NCBI GenBank assembly: GCA_040218735.1
Contig: JAVJQW010000057.1
Coordinates: 32,001 to 96,000 of the forward strand
Source: Deltaproteobacteria bacterium
GTDB taxonomy: Bacteria > Myxococcota > Kuafuiibacteriia > Kuafuiibacteriales > Kuafuiibacteriaceae
Direction of reading: 5' to 3'
DNA: 64,000 nucleotides
Shown here in pieces: positions 26,435 to 35,490 of this stretch. A program made the position numbers and the translations under genes. How positions within the stretch are numbered: position 1 is the first letter of the stretch; the number at the start of each line of letters is the position of its first letter. The notes under the pieces were generated by a model. That model worked only from the letters and a program-made list of their open reading frames with translations, ran no database searches and was not told the DNA's origin.

Positions 26435-28201
26435 GTGCGTTGGACCATCCTCTGCCTCGCCCTTGGCGCCGTCGCGTGCCGCTCCGAGTCGCCGGCTCCG
26501 CTGGTCCAGGTCGCCGCCGAGGCGGCCGCGCTCGATCCGACGCGGGTCGAGATCACGTTCACGCACGCGATTGATGCGGCGGGGTTCGACCCGTCGTCGA
26601 TCACCGTCGTCGCGCCCTTCGAACGTCCCGCGCAGACCCTTGCGGTCACGAACGTAACTCTAGATGGAGCGACGCTCGTTCTCACCACTGCGCAACAGAT
26701 CGGTGGCGCGCTCTACGCAATCGACTTGGGCGAGGTGACGTTCGATGGCCTCGAGCGCGTCGACGCCCCATCCCAGATCAACTTCCGCGGTTACGGGCTC
26801 GCGTCCGTCACGTTGCGCCTGGCCACGGATGGGTTCGTGGTGCCCAGCGGTATCGACGCGCTCGTCACGATCGATACGAGCGGCGAGTACACCGCCGCGC
26901 TCGTCCGCATGCCGATGACGCAGGTGGAGGTCGGCGTGTTCGAGGCGACGATCTCGGCGCGCATCGATCCGAGCCGTCTGCACGCAGCGCGGGCGGTGAC
27001 ATCCGAGGGCATCGAGGCCGCCCAGCTCGTCACGTTCGACGTCGCGAGCGCGGACCCGGTGCTCGTCGGGATGACACCGCTCCTCGAGATGCTGCCGGAG
27101 TTCGACGCCCCGGTGGACGCGACGCCGGGTGATGGGCGCGCGCCGGTGCGGCTGATCTTCGACGATCGCTACGCACGGGCGCTCGTCGATCCGAAGGTGC
27201 GTCTTTCGGTCGACGCGGGGGGCGCGTTCGACGCCGGGAGCACGCGCGTCGACGGACTGACACGCGTCGCCGGCGAAGCGCGCGTGTTCGAGCGTGTCGT
27301 CGAGGTGGAGGTGGATCCGAACCGCACGCAGGAGGGGACGACGGCCGACACGTTCCCGTACGTCGCGTTCCTCGTGGAGGGGAACGAGGACATCCCACAG
27401 CGCGGGACGACGTTCGTGATGCCGACGGAGCGACCGCAGGTCATCGTCATCCCGATCGGCAACCCGGCGATGGTGCCGGTGACCTTCCGCGTCGACGTCG
27501 GGAGCGCGTTTGTCACGCCCGACGGGACGACGCGCGGTCACTACCCGGGTGAAGGCATCTTCCTCACCGGCGAGCTGCCGAGCGCGGAAGACGGCCTCGG
27601 TCGCCTCGCCGCCGACGCGTTCACGGGCGGCGAGCGCGCGACGCTACAGATGGCGGAGCGCCCCGACGCCCCGGGGGTCTTCGAGAAGACGATCTTCCTC
27701 CCGAGGAACCGCCCTTACGGGTGGAAGGTCGTGCGGTGCCCGACCGGCCGTGGATGCGCGGAGCTGAACCGTCACGTGGTGTCGTCCGGCCGTGCGTTCC
27801 CGACGGTGATGAAGAACCTCGTCACCGTGAACCAGGACGCCGCGCAGCTCGACAGCGTTCGACTCGTGGACCCGGCGAACCTCGACGCCGTCCCCCTCCC
27901 CGGCGGGGGCACGGAGGACTACTCGCAGGCCAACGTATCCCTCGACGGAATGGAGAGCGAGGGCACCTCGATCATGTTCAAGCAGGAGGCACCCGACCTC
28001 GTGGTCACCGTCGCGGAGGAGCCGGTCTTCACGCCGATCTACGTGGTGGGGACGTGGCGTGACGTGAACATCGAACAGACGCCCACCGAAATCATCGCGG
28101 CCGGCGGCACGCTGGAGCTCTCGCCGTACGACTACGACGACGGCACGCAGGGCCGGCTACCGATCCTCAGGGACCTGGAGCTACCGGCCGACCCGCCCTA
28201 A
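26435..28201 (+). CDS. Lipoprotein with multiple Ig-like domains (possible CBM20-like module)
   Basis: Lipobox AVAC; Ig-like N-terminus; VPVTFRVD..GEGIFLTGE segment. Confidence 0.7.
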   Translation: MRWTILCLALGAVACRSESPAPLVQVAAEAAALDPTRVEITFTHAIDAAGFDPSSITVVAPFERPAQTLAVTNVTLDGATLVLTTAQQIGGALYAIDLGEVTFDGLERVDAPSQINFRGYGLASVTLRLATDGFVVPSGIDALVTIDTSGEYTAALVRMPMTQVEVGVFEATISARIDPSRLHAARAVTSEGIEAAQLVTFDVASADPVLVGMTPLLEMLPEFDAPVDATPGDGRAPVRLIFDDRYARALVDPKVRLSVDAGGAFDAGSTRVDGLTRVAGEARVFERVVEVEVDPNRTQEGTTADTFPYVAFLVEGNEDIPQRGTTFVMPTERPQVIVIPIGNPAMVPVTFRVDVGSAFVTPDGTTRGHYPGEGIFLTGELPSAEDGLGRLAADAFTGGERATLQMAERPDAPGVFEKTIFLPRNRPYGWKVVRCPTGRGCAELNRHVVSSGRAFPTVMKNLVTVNQDAAQLDSVRLVDPANLDAVPLPGGGTEDYSQANVSLDGMESEGTSIMFKQEAPDLVVTVAEEPVFTPIYVVGTWRDVNIEQTPTEIIAAGGTLELSPYDYDDGTQGRLPILRDLELPADPP

Positions 28202-28213
28202 TATCCCGGCGAG

Positions 28214-29557
28214 GTGCAGTTTCCGGCGAAGACCAACGCACCCGCGAAGGGTGATGTGATCGGCCCCGTCGAGCTCGTCGAGCGCATCGGGGTCGGTGGG
28301 TTCGGTTCGGTGTGGCGCGTTTGTCACCTGAGGACCCGCGAGACACTCGCGCTCAAGGTTCTGCACCCATCGCTCTACGAAGAAGTCCCCGGCGCGGGGC
28401 CCTCCGTGGTCGACCGGTTTCTGCGCGAGGCGCGCATCCTCCAGAACCTCCGCCACCCGGGCGTCATCCGAATCCTCGATGTCATCGAGGAACCGCAAAA
28501 GGGACTCATCGCCTATCTGATGGAGCTCCTCGAGGGGCGTGATCTCAGCACCTACGCGTTGAAGACCGACCTCCCGAGCGTGCTCGAGATCTTCGCGCGA
28601 ACCGCGCGAACACTCGTCGCGGTGCACGAGAAGGGCCTCCTGCACCGCGACATCAAACTCACCAACATCTTCGTGTGTAATCAGCTCGGGGGTGATGGGT
28701 TCCCGGTCGTCAAACTCATCGACTTCGGAATTGCCAAGGACCTCGAGACGAGCTCGCTCGCGCACCGGACGGCGGCGGGTCACTACGTGGGTACGCTGGA
28801 GAGCATGGCGCCGGAGTGTTACGAGCGTCTGCTCGGCACGGCGGTCACGCTGACCCCCGCGGTCGATCAGTGGAGCCTGGGGGTCTCGCTCTACCACGCG
28901 GTGAGCGGTCGGGTTCCGTTCAAGGCGACCAACGAAGCACAGTCCGCGCTGATCCAGCTCCAGCTCCGAATCTGCAACGACAAGCCGCCGCCGCTCGGAC
29001 TCCTCCGACATTATGGCCTCGCGGCGGTCCCCGACGGGCTTGAGGCGATCGTCCGCCGCTGCCTGGAGAAGAAGCCCGAGGATCGCTACCCGACGCTGGG
29101 GGCGCTCGCGGATGACTTGAGCAGCGTCTTCGCGGAGCAGACCGACGAGAACACCGCCGTGAGCTCGTGGGAGCCGACGTCACCGACGCTGGTGCCCTCG
29201 CAGAAGACCGTGGACGGCGCCACCGACGACATCCCGGCCTACGACGATCGGACATCGCGCACCGCCCAGGGCGCGCTGTCGGAGTCCGAGGAGTACGCCG
29301 AGACGGCAATCGACGATCCCCACGCGCTGCAGACGGCGGTGGGCACGCTCCGCGACGTACCGGATCGACCTTCGACGACCGCGCCGTTGACCAAGACGAA
29401 GCTCATCGACACGCCCGGACCGCCGCTGGTGCGCCCGGTCTCGGAGTCCTCGCTCGCGGCGCCGCAAAAGCGAACGTGGGGGCTGTCGCTCGGGTGGACG
29501 ATGCTGCTGATCGTGGCGGCCGCCGCCCTCTCGTTCCTCGTCGGCCTCTACGGATGA
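28214..29557 (+). CDS. Hanks-type Ser/Thr protein kinase
   Basis: IGVGGFGSVW, ALKVL, HRDIKLTN, DFG, MAPE; C-terminal TM. Confidence 0.95.
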   Translation: MQFPAKTNAPAKGDVIGPVELVERIGVGGFGSVWRVCHLRTRETLALKVLHPSLYEEVPGAGPSVVDRFLREARILQNLRHPGVIRILDVIEEPQKGLIAYLMELLEGRDLSTYALKTDLPSVLEIFARTARTLVAVHEKGLLHRDIKLTNIFVCNQLGGDGFPVVKLIDFGIAKDLETSSLAHRTAAGHYVGTLESMAPECYERLLGTAVTLTPAVDQWSLGVSLYHAVSGRVPFKATNEAQSALIQLQLRICNDKPPPLGLLRHYGLAAVPDGLEAIVRRCLEKKPEDRYPTLGALADDLSSVFAEQTDENTAVSSWEPTSPTLVPSQKTVDGATDDIPAYDDRTSRTAQGALSESEEYAETAIDDPHALQTAVGTLRDVPDRPSTTAPLTKTKLIDTPGPPLVRPVSESSLAAPQKRTWGLSLGWTMLLIVAAAALSFLVGLYG

Positions 29558-29577
29558 CGCGTGCCCCCGAGCGGCCT

Positions 29578-30102
29578 TCAGAGCTCGGTCGTCCAACAGC
29601 TCGACATCGCCTCCATCTGCGCGAGCACGTCCTCGACACGCGCGCGGGAGGCTTCGTCGTCGTCGGTGCGGACGAAGCGGAGCACCGTGAGCTGCGCGAG
29701 TGTCTCTTCGAGGAGCGCGAGGCCATCGTCGACCTCGACCGCGGCGCGCTCCTCGATCGGCGCGAGGCGCTCGAGCAGGGTCGGACGGGCGTCGTGTGCG
29801 GCGCGCGCGACCTCGGCGCGGCGCGCTTCGGCCACCAGGAGGCGACGCACGTACGCGCGCATCACCTCCGCGCCGCCGAGGTCGACGTGACGCCACGCCT
29901 CGTCGAGCTCCACGGCGATCGCGGTGAGGCGACCGGAGCGATCCGACGCCGGCGGCGTCGACACGAAGAACACCACCGGGACCAGGAAGGGCCACAGCAC
30001 CACCATGACCACGACCTCCGCCACCGAAGCGCGGCGCCGACGGACGAGCGCCGCCGCGGCGCCGCAGCCGACCACGAGATAGACGACGACGAAGGTGTTC
30101 AT
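29578..30102 (-). CDS. Membrane-anchored helical/coiled-coil hypothetical protein
   Basis: ATG at 30102 overlaps the upstream stop; two N-terminal TM segments, then amphipathic helices. Confidence 0.7.
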   Translation of the reverse strand: MNTFVVVYLVVGCGAAAALVRRRRASVAEVVVMVVLWPFLVPVVFFVSTPPASDRSGRLTAIAVELDEAWRHVDLGGAEVMRAYVRRLLVAEARRAEVARAAHDARPTLLERLAPIEERAAVEVDDGLALLEETLAQLTVLRFVRTDDDEASRARVEDVLAQMEAMSSCWTTEL

Positions 30103-30788
30103 AGCAGCACGTCGAAGCCCCAGAGCGCGAGCGCGACGTTCGCGCCGACGATCACCGACGCGAGGCGCGCGAGCACTCGGACCCGCGCCAGCTCGTCGTC
30201 GTCGAGCGCAGCGCCCTTCGCGTCCGTCGCGAACAACACGAGCGTCGCATGGAGGCGAACGCCGGTCGCGCCCCCCGCCAGCCCGAACGCCGCCACGAGG
30301 CCCACCGGCCCGAGCCACATGCGGTCGAGCGACAACAAGAACCACGGCGCCGGCGAGGCGGCGAGCAAGACCATCGCCCCGGCCGCCGTACTGCACAGGA
30401 GGATGACGACGAGGCGCGCGAGCGGCACACGCGCGGCGAGGACGATCGACGCCGCGTACACCGGACCGATCGACGCGGCGAGCGCGAGGAGGAGGTTCTG
30501 CGCGAGGAGCGCCGCACTCCGCGCCGCGTCGATCGGGTCGCCACGCACGACGACGAACGCCACCACGGCCGCGCACACGACGAGCGTCGCGAGCGCCGCG
30601 AGCACCACGCGCTGGACATCCGCCGGGGCGTCCATCTTCGCGAGCACACGGTGCGGGTCGCGGAGGATCTCCAACACCAGCGGCGGACGACGGCGACGCG
30701 CCGCCAGGAGCACCGGTGCGGCCGGCGCACCGAGGAACGGAGAGGTCGGCTCGACGAGCCGACGAGGCGCGACTTCTACGGCGGTCAT
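30099..30788 (-). CDS. Multi-pass membrane protein (Yip1-like)
   Basis: Start MTAVEVAPRR coupled to the upstream stop; EILRDP motif followed by about 5 TM segments. Confidence 0.65.
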   Translation of the reverse strand: MTAVEVAPRRLVEPTSPFLGAPAAPVLLAARRRRPPLVLEILRDPHRVLAKMDAPADVQRVVLAALATLVVCAAVVAFVVVRGDPIDAARSAALLAQNLLLALAASIGPVYAASIVLAARVPLARLVVILLCSTAAGAMVLLAASPAPWFLLSLDRMWLGPVGLVAAFGLAGGATGVRLHATLVLFATDAKGAALDDDELARVRVLARLASVIVGANVALALWGFDVLL

Positions 30789-31351
30789 CAGCCAACACCT
30801 CCGTGCCCGCCGAGGAACATCGCGACCGCGAGCGCCAGGACTGCGCCGTCGACGAGTCGTTTGTTCTCGGCGCCGACCTGGAAAGCGCGACCGACGCGCG
30901 TGAACATCACCAGGAACGTCACACTCGCCGTGCCGACGGGGACGAACCCGATCAGCCGCCCCGCGCCGGTCTGATCCATCAGCTGGAAGTAGGTCACGAG
31001 CGGCAACGTCGCCATCGCGACGACCCCGCTCACCACCAACACCGTCCCGGTCGTGCCGAGCAGCGCCGCCGCATCGACCTCCGCGTCGATGTACGTGAAG
31101 TAGAGCATCAGGCTCGGGAGGACGATGGCGATCCCGGCGAGCGCGCCGCGTCCGAAGCGCACCGGGGAGGACGTGAGCACATCCGCGTTGGTGACGAGCG
31201 CCGCGCCGCCGAGCGTCGCGAGCGCCGCCAACGTGGCGCCGCACAGGGCGAGGCCGAGGGACTTGAACGCCGACTCACCGGCGAGGCGCGCGGCGGTTCG
31301 GGCTGGGGTGTCGAGGAGCTCGAAGAGCGGGGACAGGGTCGATGTGGACAT
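30788..31351 (-). CDS. Multi-pass membrane protein (Yip1-like)
   Basis: ELLDTP motif followed by about 5 TM segments; layout resembles the downstream gene. Confidence 0.65.
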   Translation of the reverse strand: MSTSTLSPLFELLDTPARTAARLAGESAFKSLGLALCGATLAALATLGGAALVTNADVLTSSPVRFGRGALAGIAIVLPSLMLYFTYIDAEVDAAALLGTTGTVLVVSGVVAMATLPLVTYFQLMDQTGAGRLIGFVPVGTASVTFLVMFTRVGRAFQVGAENKRLVDGAVLALAVAMFLGGHGGVG

Positions 31352-31364
31352 GCCGCGGCGACTT

Positions 31365-31380
31365 CGCAAGCGGCGTGCCC
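31365..31380 (-). promoter_or_regulatory. Sigma54 -24/-12 promoter
   Basis: Minus strand GGGCACGCCGCTTGCG matches GGCACG-N4-TTGC; directly downstream of a sigma54 activator gene. Confidence 0.8.
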
Positions 31381-31420
31381 GCCCCTCGGCGCGTTCGTGG
31401 CGCGGGCGGGGCGCGTCGGA

Positions 31421-31440
31421 CTGGGTAACGCGTTACCCAG
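31421..31440. promoter_or_regulatory. Perfect 20-bp palindrome, putative activator-binding site
   Basis: CTGGGTAACGCGTTACCCAG is its own reverse complement; 40 bp upstream of the -24 element. Confidence 0.6.
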
Positions 31441-31445
31441 CGACG

Positions 31446-32831
31446 TCAATCGATGCGCAGGTCTTCCTTGATGTCGTGTTCGTGGATCTTGTTGAAGAGC
31501 GTCTTGTAGCTGATGCCGAGCAGGCGAGCGGCGGCGGCCTTGTTCCCGCGCGCGTGCCGCAGCGCCTGCACCACGGCCTTGCGCTCTGCGGCGCGCACCG
31601 CCCGGCGGATCGTCTGCACCGGCGCGTCGGGCTCCGCAGGGGCCTCCTCGATCGGCGCAATGCGCTTCGGGGTGACGACCGCCCACGCCGAGAAGTCGAA
31701 CGCCCCCAGGATCACTGCGCGCTCCACGAAGTTCTCCAGCTCGCGCACGTTCCCCGGCCATGTGTGCTGGGCGAGGCGCGCCTGCGTCGCGTCGTCGATC
31801 GCGGGGGCGTCCAGGCCGTGGTGCGCGGCGTGTTTCGTGAGGAAGTGATCGATGAGGCCCGGGATGTCCTGGCGACGCTCGCGTAGCGGCGGCAACCGAA
31901 TCGGCACCACGTTCAGACGGTGGAACAGGTCCAGGCGAAACGCACCGGACTCGACGAGCTCGGGCATGTTCCGGTGGGTCGCCGCGACGACACGCACGTC
32001 GACCGCGACCGGCGCGCGGCCCCCGACTCGGGTGATCTCGCGCTCCTGCAAGACCCGCAACAAACGCGACTGCGCGTCGAGCGGCATGTCACCGATCTCG
32101 TCGAGGAAGAGCGTGCCCCCGTTCGCGGACTCGATGAGCCCCTTCTTCTGCGCGTGGGCGCCGGTGAACGCGCCGCGCTCGAAGCCGAACAGCTCGGACT
32201 CGATCAACGTCGGTGCGATCGCCGAGCAGTCGATCGAGACGAACGGCTCGTCGAGCCGCGGCGAGCTGTCGTGCAGCGCCCGCGCGACGAGCTCCTTGCC
32301 AGTGCCCGACTCACCCTGAATGAGCACGGTGGCGTCGAGCGAAGCGACCCGCCGCAGCAACCGGACAACGTCCGCCAGCCCACCCGACGCGCCGATCAGC
32401 GGACGCGATGCGTCCGACTCCTCGACGACCCCCGCCGACAGCGCGACGTCCTCCATTCGACGGCCCGCCGCGATCGCCCCCGCGACCGCGCCGCGCAGAC
32501 GCTCGTTGTCGAACGGCTTCACCAGGAAGTCGGACGCCCCCGCGCGCATCGCCTGGACCGCACGATCGACGGTGCCGAACGCGGTGATCACGATCGCCGG
32601 GGTCTCGTTGCCTTCGTCGCGCAAGCCATCGAGGAACGTGAGGCCATCGCCGTCGGGGAGCTTCACGTCGAGCAGCATCAAACTCGGCGCGCGACGCGCG
32701 AGGAAGGCGCGCGCTGCGTCGAGGTTCTCGGCGACGTGGACTTCGAGGCCGTCGTCGCCGAGGACGTCGCGCACCAGCTCGCGCACGTTGGGTTCGTCCT
32801 CCACGATCAGGACTTCGTCGCGTTCCGTCAC
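31446..32831 (-). CDS. Sigma54-dependent response regulator (REC-AAA+-Fis HTH)
   Basis: LLDVKLPDGDG, GESGTGKE, GAFTGA, FLDEIG, WPGNVREL, GNKAAAARLLGIS. Confidence 0.97.
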   Translation of the reverse strand: MTERDEVLIVEDEPNVRELVRDVLGDDGLEVHVAENLDAARAFLARRAPSLMLLDVKLPDGDGLTFLDGLRDEGNETPAIVITAFGTVDRAVQAMRAGASDFLVKPFDNERLRGAVAGAIAAGRRMEDVALSAGVVEESDASRPLIGASGGLADVVRLLRRVASLDATVLIQGESGTGKELVARALHDSSPRLDEPFVSIDCSAIAPTLIESELFGFERGAFTGAHAQKKGLIESANGGTLFLDEIGDMPLDAQSRLLRVLQEREITRVGGRAPVAVDVRVVAATHRNMPELVESGAFRLDLFHRLNVVPIRLPPLRERRQDIPGLIDHFLTKHAAHHGLDAPAIDDATQARLAQHTWPGNVRELENFVERAVILGAFDFSAWAVVTPKRIAPIEEAPAEPDAPVQTIRRAVRAAERKAVVQALRHARGNKAAAARLLGISYKTLFNKIHEHDIKEDLRID

Positions 32832-34441
32832 GGCCTCTCCTCCTCGGGCACGAGGTCCAGCACGATGCGGGCCACCGCGCCGCGGCGGTCCTCGCGCGAC
32901 GTGAGCGTCAACGTCCCGCCCGCCGCCTCGATCGCCGACCGGGCGATCGCGAGGCCCAGCCCGGTGCCGGCGGCCTTCGTGGTGAAGAACGCGCCGAAGA
33001 CGAGATCGGCGGTCTCCTCGGGGACGCCGGGACCTTCGTCGATGACCTCGACAATCGCATGCACGCCGTTCCGCGTCGTCACGACGTCGACGCGCTGCCC
33101 GTCGGTGTCGACCATCGCCTCCGCGGCGTTCTTCATCAGGTTGAGGAGCGCGCCGCGGACCTCGTCCGCGTCACCCACGACGCGATCGATCCGCGTATCG
33201 AGCTTGCAGACGAGGCGTCCGAGGCCGGGCTCGCCCTCCGCGACGGCGGCGGCCTCGGTCACCACGTCGTTGAGCACCAGCGTCGCGTCGCTCGAGACCC
33301 CCTCCTTGTCACCGCGCGCGATCGCGAGGAGCTCCTGGATGCGCTGGTCGATGCGCTCGGTCTCGGTCTGGATGATCGACAGCCCCTTCTCGAACTGCGC
33401 GCGCTCACCTTCGTCGACCGCTTCGATGCGCCCGCGGAGCATCTGGGCGTACCCGCGGATCGGCGCCAGCGGGTTCTTGATCTCGTGCGCGACCGAGGCG
33501 GCGAGCTCACCGGCGATCGCGAGTTTCTCCACCCGTTCGAGGCGACGCCGCATCGCACGCACCTCGCCGTGTGACGCGGCGAGCGCACGCTCCATACGGC
33601 GTCGCGCCGGGAAGAAGAAGAACTCGACGCGACGCGCGACCTGATCGCCGAACACCGTGAACGTCGCCGCGGCGCCGAGCGCGACCGCGACGGTGACGGA
33701 GACGATGACCGCGTCGAGCTCGTAGCCGAGCTGCGCGTACGCGATCGACGCCGCCGCCGCGATCAGGACCGCGAGGCCGACGTAGGTGACGGCCCGCGCG
33801 AACAACACGTGCACGGAGACCCGGCCGAGCAACACGTAGACCAACGCGAGCACCTCGGCGAGGAGCACCACGAACAGCATCGTGTCGACGATCGTCCGGT
33901 CGGAGAGGACCGCGACGAGGAAGAAGCCGACGAACGCGAGCCCCGTTCCGACGACGGCCGCGATCGACCAGCGGACGATCCGTGGGTCGCCCGTTCGCCA
34001 TGACAGTACGTTCGCCGCGAACAACAGGACGACGAGAGCCAACGCCACCACGCGACCCCCGAGGCGAATCGAGGAGATCTCGTATTCGGTCGAGAACACC
34101 GCGTAGACGACGGCCGTCCCCGCAACGCCCGCGACGACAGCGATCGCGACCGCTATCCCGCGACGCTTCGCGTCGAGGTCGACGAGCGCGTCCCCGGCGA
34201 AGCCCCCGATCGCGAAGATGCCGCCGACGGTCCCCACGACCTGCATCGTCGCGAGCGCGTCGGGGTTGAACACCGACACGAACCACGCGACGGCCCACAC
34301 GCCGACGCCGCCCGGTCCCAGGAAGAAGAGGCGCCGCCTTCCTTCCTGTAGGCCGACGGTGAGCGCGTAACCCGCGACGAGCAGGTTCAGCGCCGCGACG
34401 ACGAGCGGAATGACCGCCGACGCGATGAGCTCCCAGGACAC
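32828..34441 (-). CDS. Multi-TM sensor histidine kinase
   Basis: Polytopic N-terminus; HEIKNPL, NLMKNA, DEGPG, FFTTK, GTGLGL. Confidence 0.95.
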   Translation of the reverse strand: MSWELIASAVIPLVVAALNLLVAGYALTVGLQEGRRRLFFLGPGGVGVWAVAWFVSVFNPDALATMQVVGTVGGIFAIGGFAGDALVDLDAKRRGIAVAIAVVAGVAGTAVVYAVFSTEYEISSIRLGGRVVALALVVLLFAANVLSWRTGDPRIVRWSIAAVVGTGLAFVGFFLVAVLSDRTIVDTMLFVVLLAEVLALVYVLLGRVSVHVLFARAVTYVGLAVLIAAAASIAYAQLGYELDAVIVSVTVAVALGAAATFTVFGDQVARRVEFFFFPARRRMERALAASHGEVRAMRRRLERVEKLAIAGELAASVAHEIKNPLAPIRGYAQMLRGRIEAVDEGERAQFEKGLSIIQTETERIDQRIQELLAIARGDKEGVSSDATLVLNDVVTEAAAVAEGEPGLGRLVCKLDTRIDRVVGDADEVRGALLNLMKNAAEAMVDTDGQRVDVVTTRNGVHAIVEVIDEGPGVPEETADLVFGAFFTTKAAGTGLGLAIARSAIEAAGGTLTLTSREDRRGAVARIVLDLVPEEERP

Positions 34442-34503
34442 CGGCGAACGGGATCGTACACGAATCGTTGGCAGGAAAGCAGGATTGGACTAATCAGGCC
34501 GCC

Positions 34504-35490
34504 ATGTCGCTTCCCCTCCTCGCGCTGCGGAGCGCGATCGGTGGTGTCCTCATGGGCCTCGCCAACCTCGTGCCCGGCATCAGCGGCGGCACGATGCTCC
34601 TCGCCGCGGGTGTCTATCCGCGCTTCATCCAGGCGATCGCGGACGTGTCGACGCTGAAGTTCAAGAAGGAGTCGATCGTCGTGCTCGCCGTCGTCGTGAT
34701 GGCGGCCGGGATCTCGATCGTCGCCCTCGCCGGCCCGGTGAAGACACTCGTCGTCGAGCACCGGTGGGTCATGTACAGCATCTTCATCGGCCTTACGCTC
34801 GGCGGCGTCCCGGTGGTGTGGGCGATGGCCAAACCCGCCACGCCCCAGCTGTGGATGGGCGCCGTCGGTGGGTTCATCGCGATGGCGCTGATCGCCGTCG
34901 CGCAGTCCTCGGGCGACGCGGGCGGCGGCAGCAACGACGGTCCGATGCTCATGTTCCTCGCGGGCGTCGCCGGGGCGAGCGCGATGATCCTCCCGGGGAT
35001 CAGCGGCGGCTATCTCCTCCTCGTGCTCGGCGTGTACGTCCCGATCCTCGGCGGCATCGACGCACTGAAGAACGCGCTCAAGGCCGGCTCGATCGACGCC
35101 GCCATGGATCCGGCGCTGTCGATCGTGCTCCCCGTCGGGGTCGGCGTGGTCATCGGCGTGCTCGTGGTGAGCAACGTGCTGAAGGTGCTCCTCGCCAAGT
35201 TCGAAAAACCCACGCTCGGCGCGCTCCTCGGGTTCCTCGTCGGCGCGGTCGTCGGCCTGTGGCCGTTCCAGCAGGGCGTCGCGCCGAAGATCGGCGACAC
35301 CTTCAAAGGTCGCGTCGTGACCGAGGAGATCCTCGCAAAGCTGACGCCGGACAAGTACCCGACCGAGACCTTCGATCCGACGGGCGGTCAGATCGGCGGC
35401 GCCATCGCGCTGATCGTCGCGGGCTTCGCGGTCACCGCGCTCATCGCTCGGTTCGGCAAGGAGAAGAAGGCGGCCACCGCCTCAGAGTGA
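34504..35490 (+). CDS. DUF368 membrane protein (undecaprenyl-phosphate translocase family)
   Basis: Duplicated PGISGG motifs (ANLVPGISGGT and AMILPGISGG). Confidence 0.92.
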   Translation: MSLPLLALRSAIGGVLMGLANLVPGISGGTMLLAAGVYPRFIQAIADVSTLKFKKESIVVLAVVVMAAGISIVALAGPVKTLVVEHRWVMYSIFIGLTLGGVPVVWAMAKPATPQLWMGAVGGFIAMALIAVAQSSGDAGGGSNDGPMLMFLAGVAGASAMILPGISGGYLLLVLGVYVPILGGIDALKNALKAGSIDAAMDPALSIVLPVGVGVVIGVLVVSNVLKVLLAKFEKPTLGALLGFLVGAVVGLWPFQQGVAPKIGDTFKGRVVTEEILAKLTPDKYPTETFDPTGGQIGGAIALIVAGFAVTALIARFGKEKKAATASE

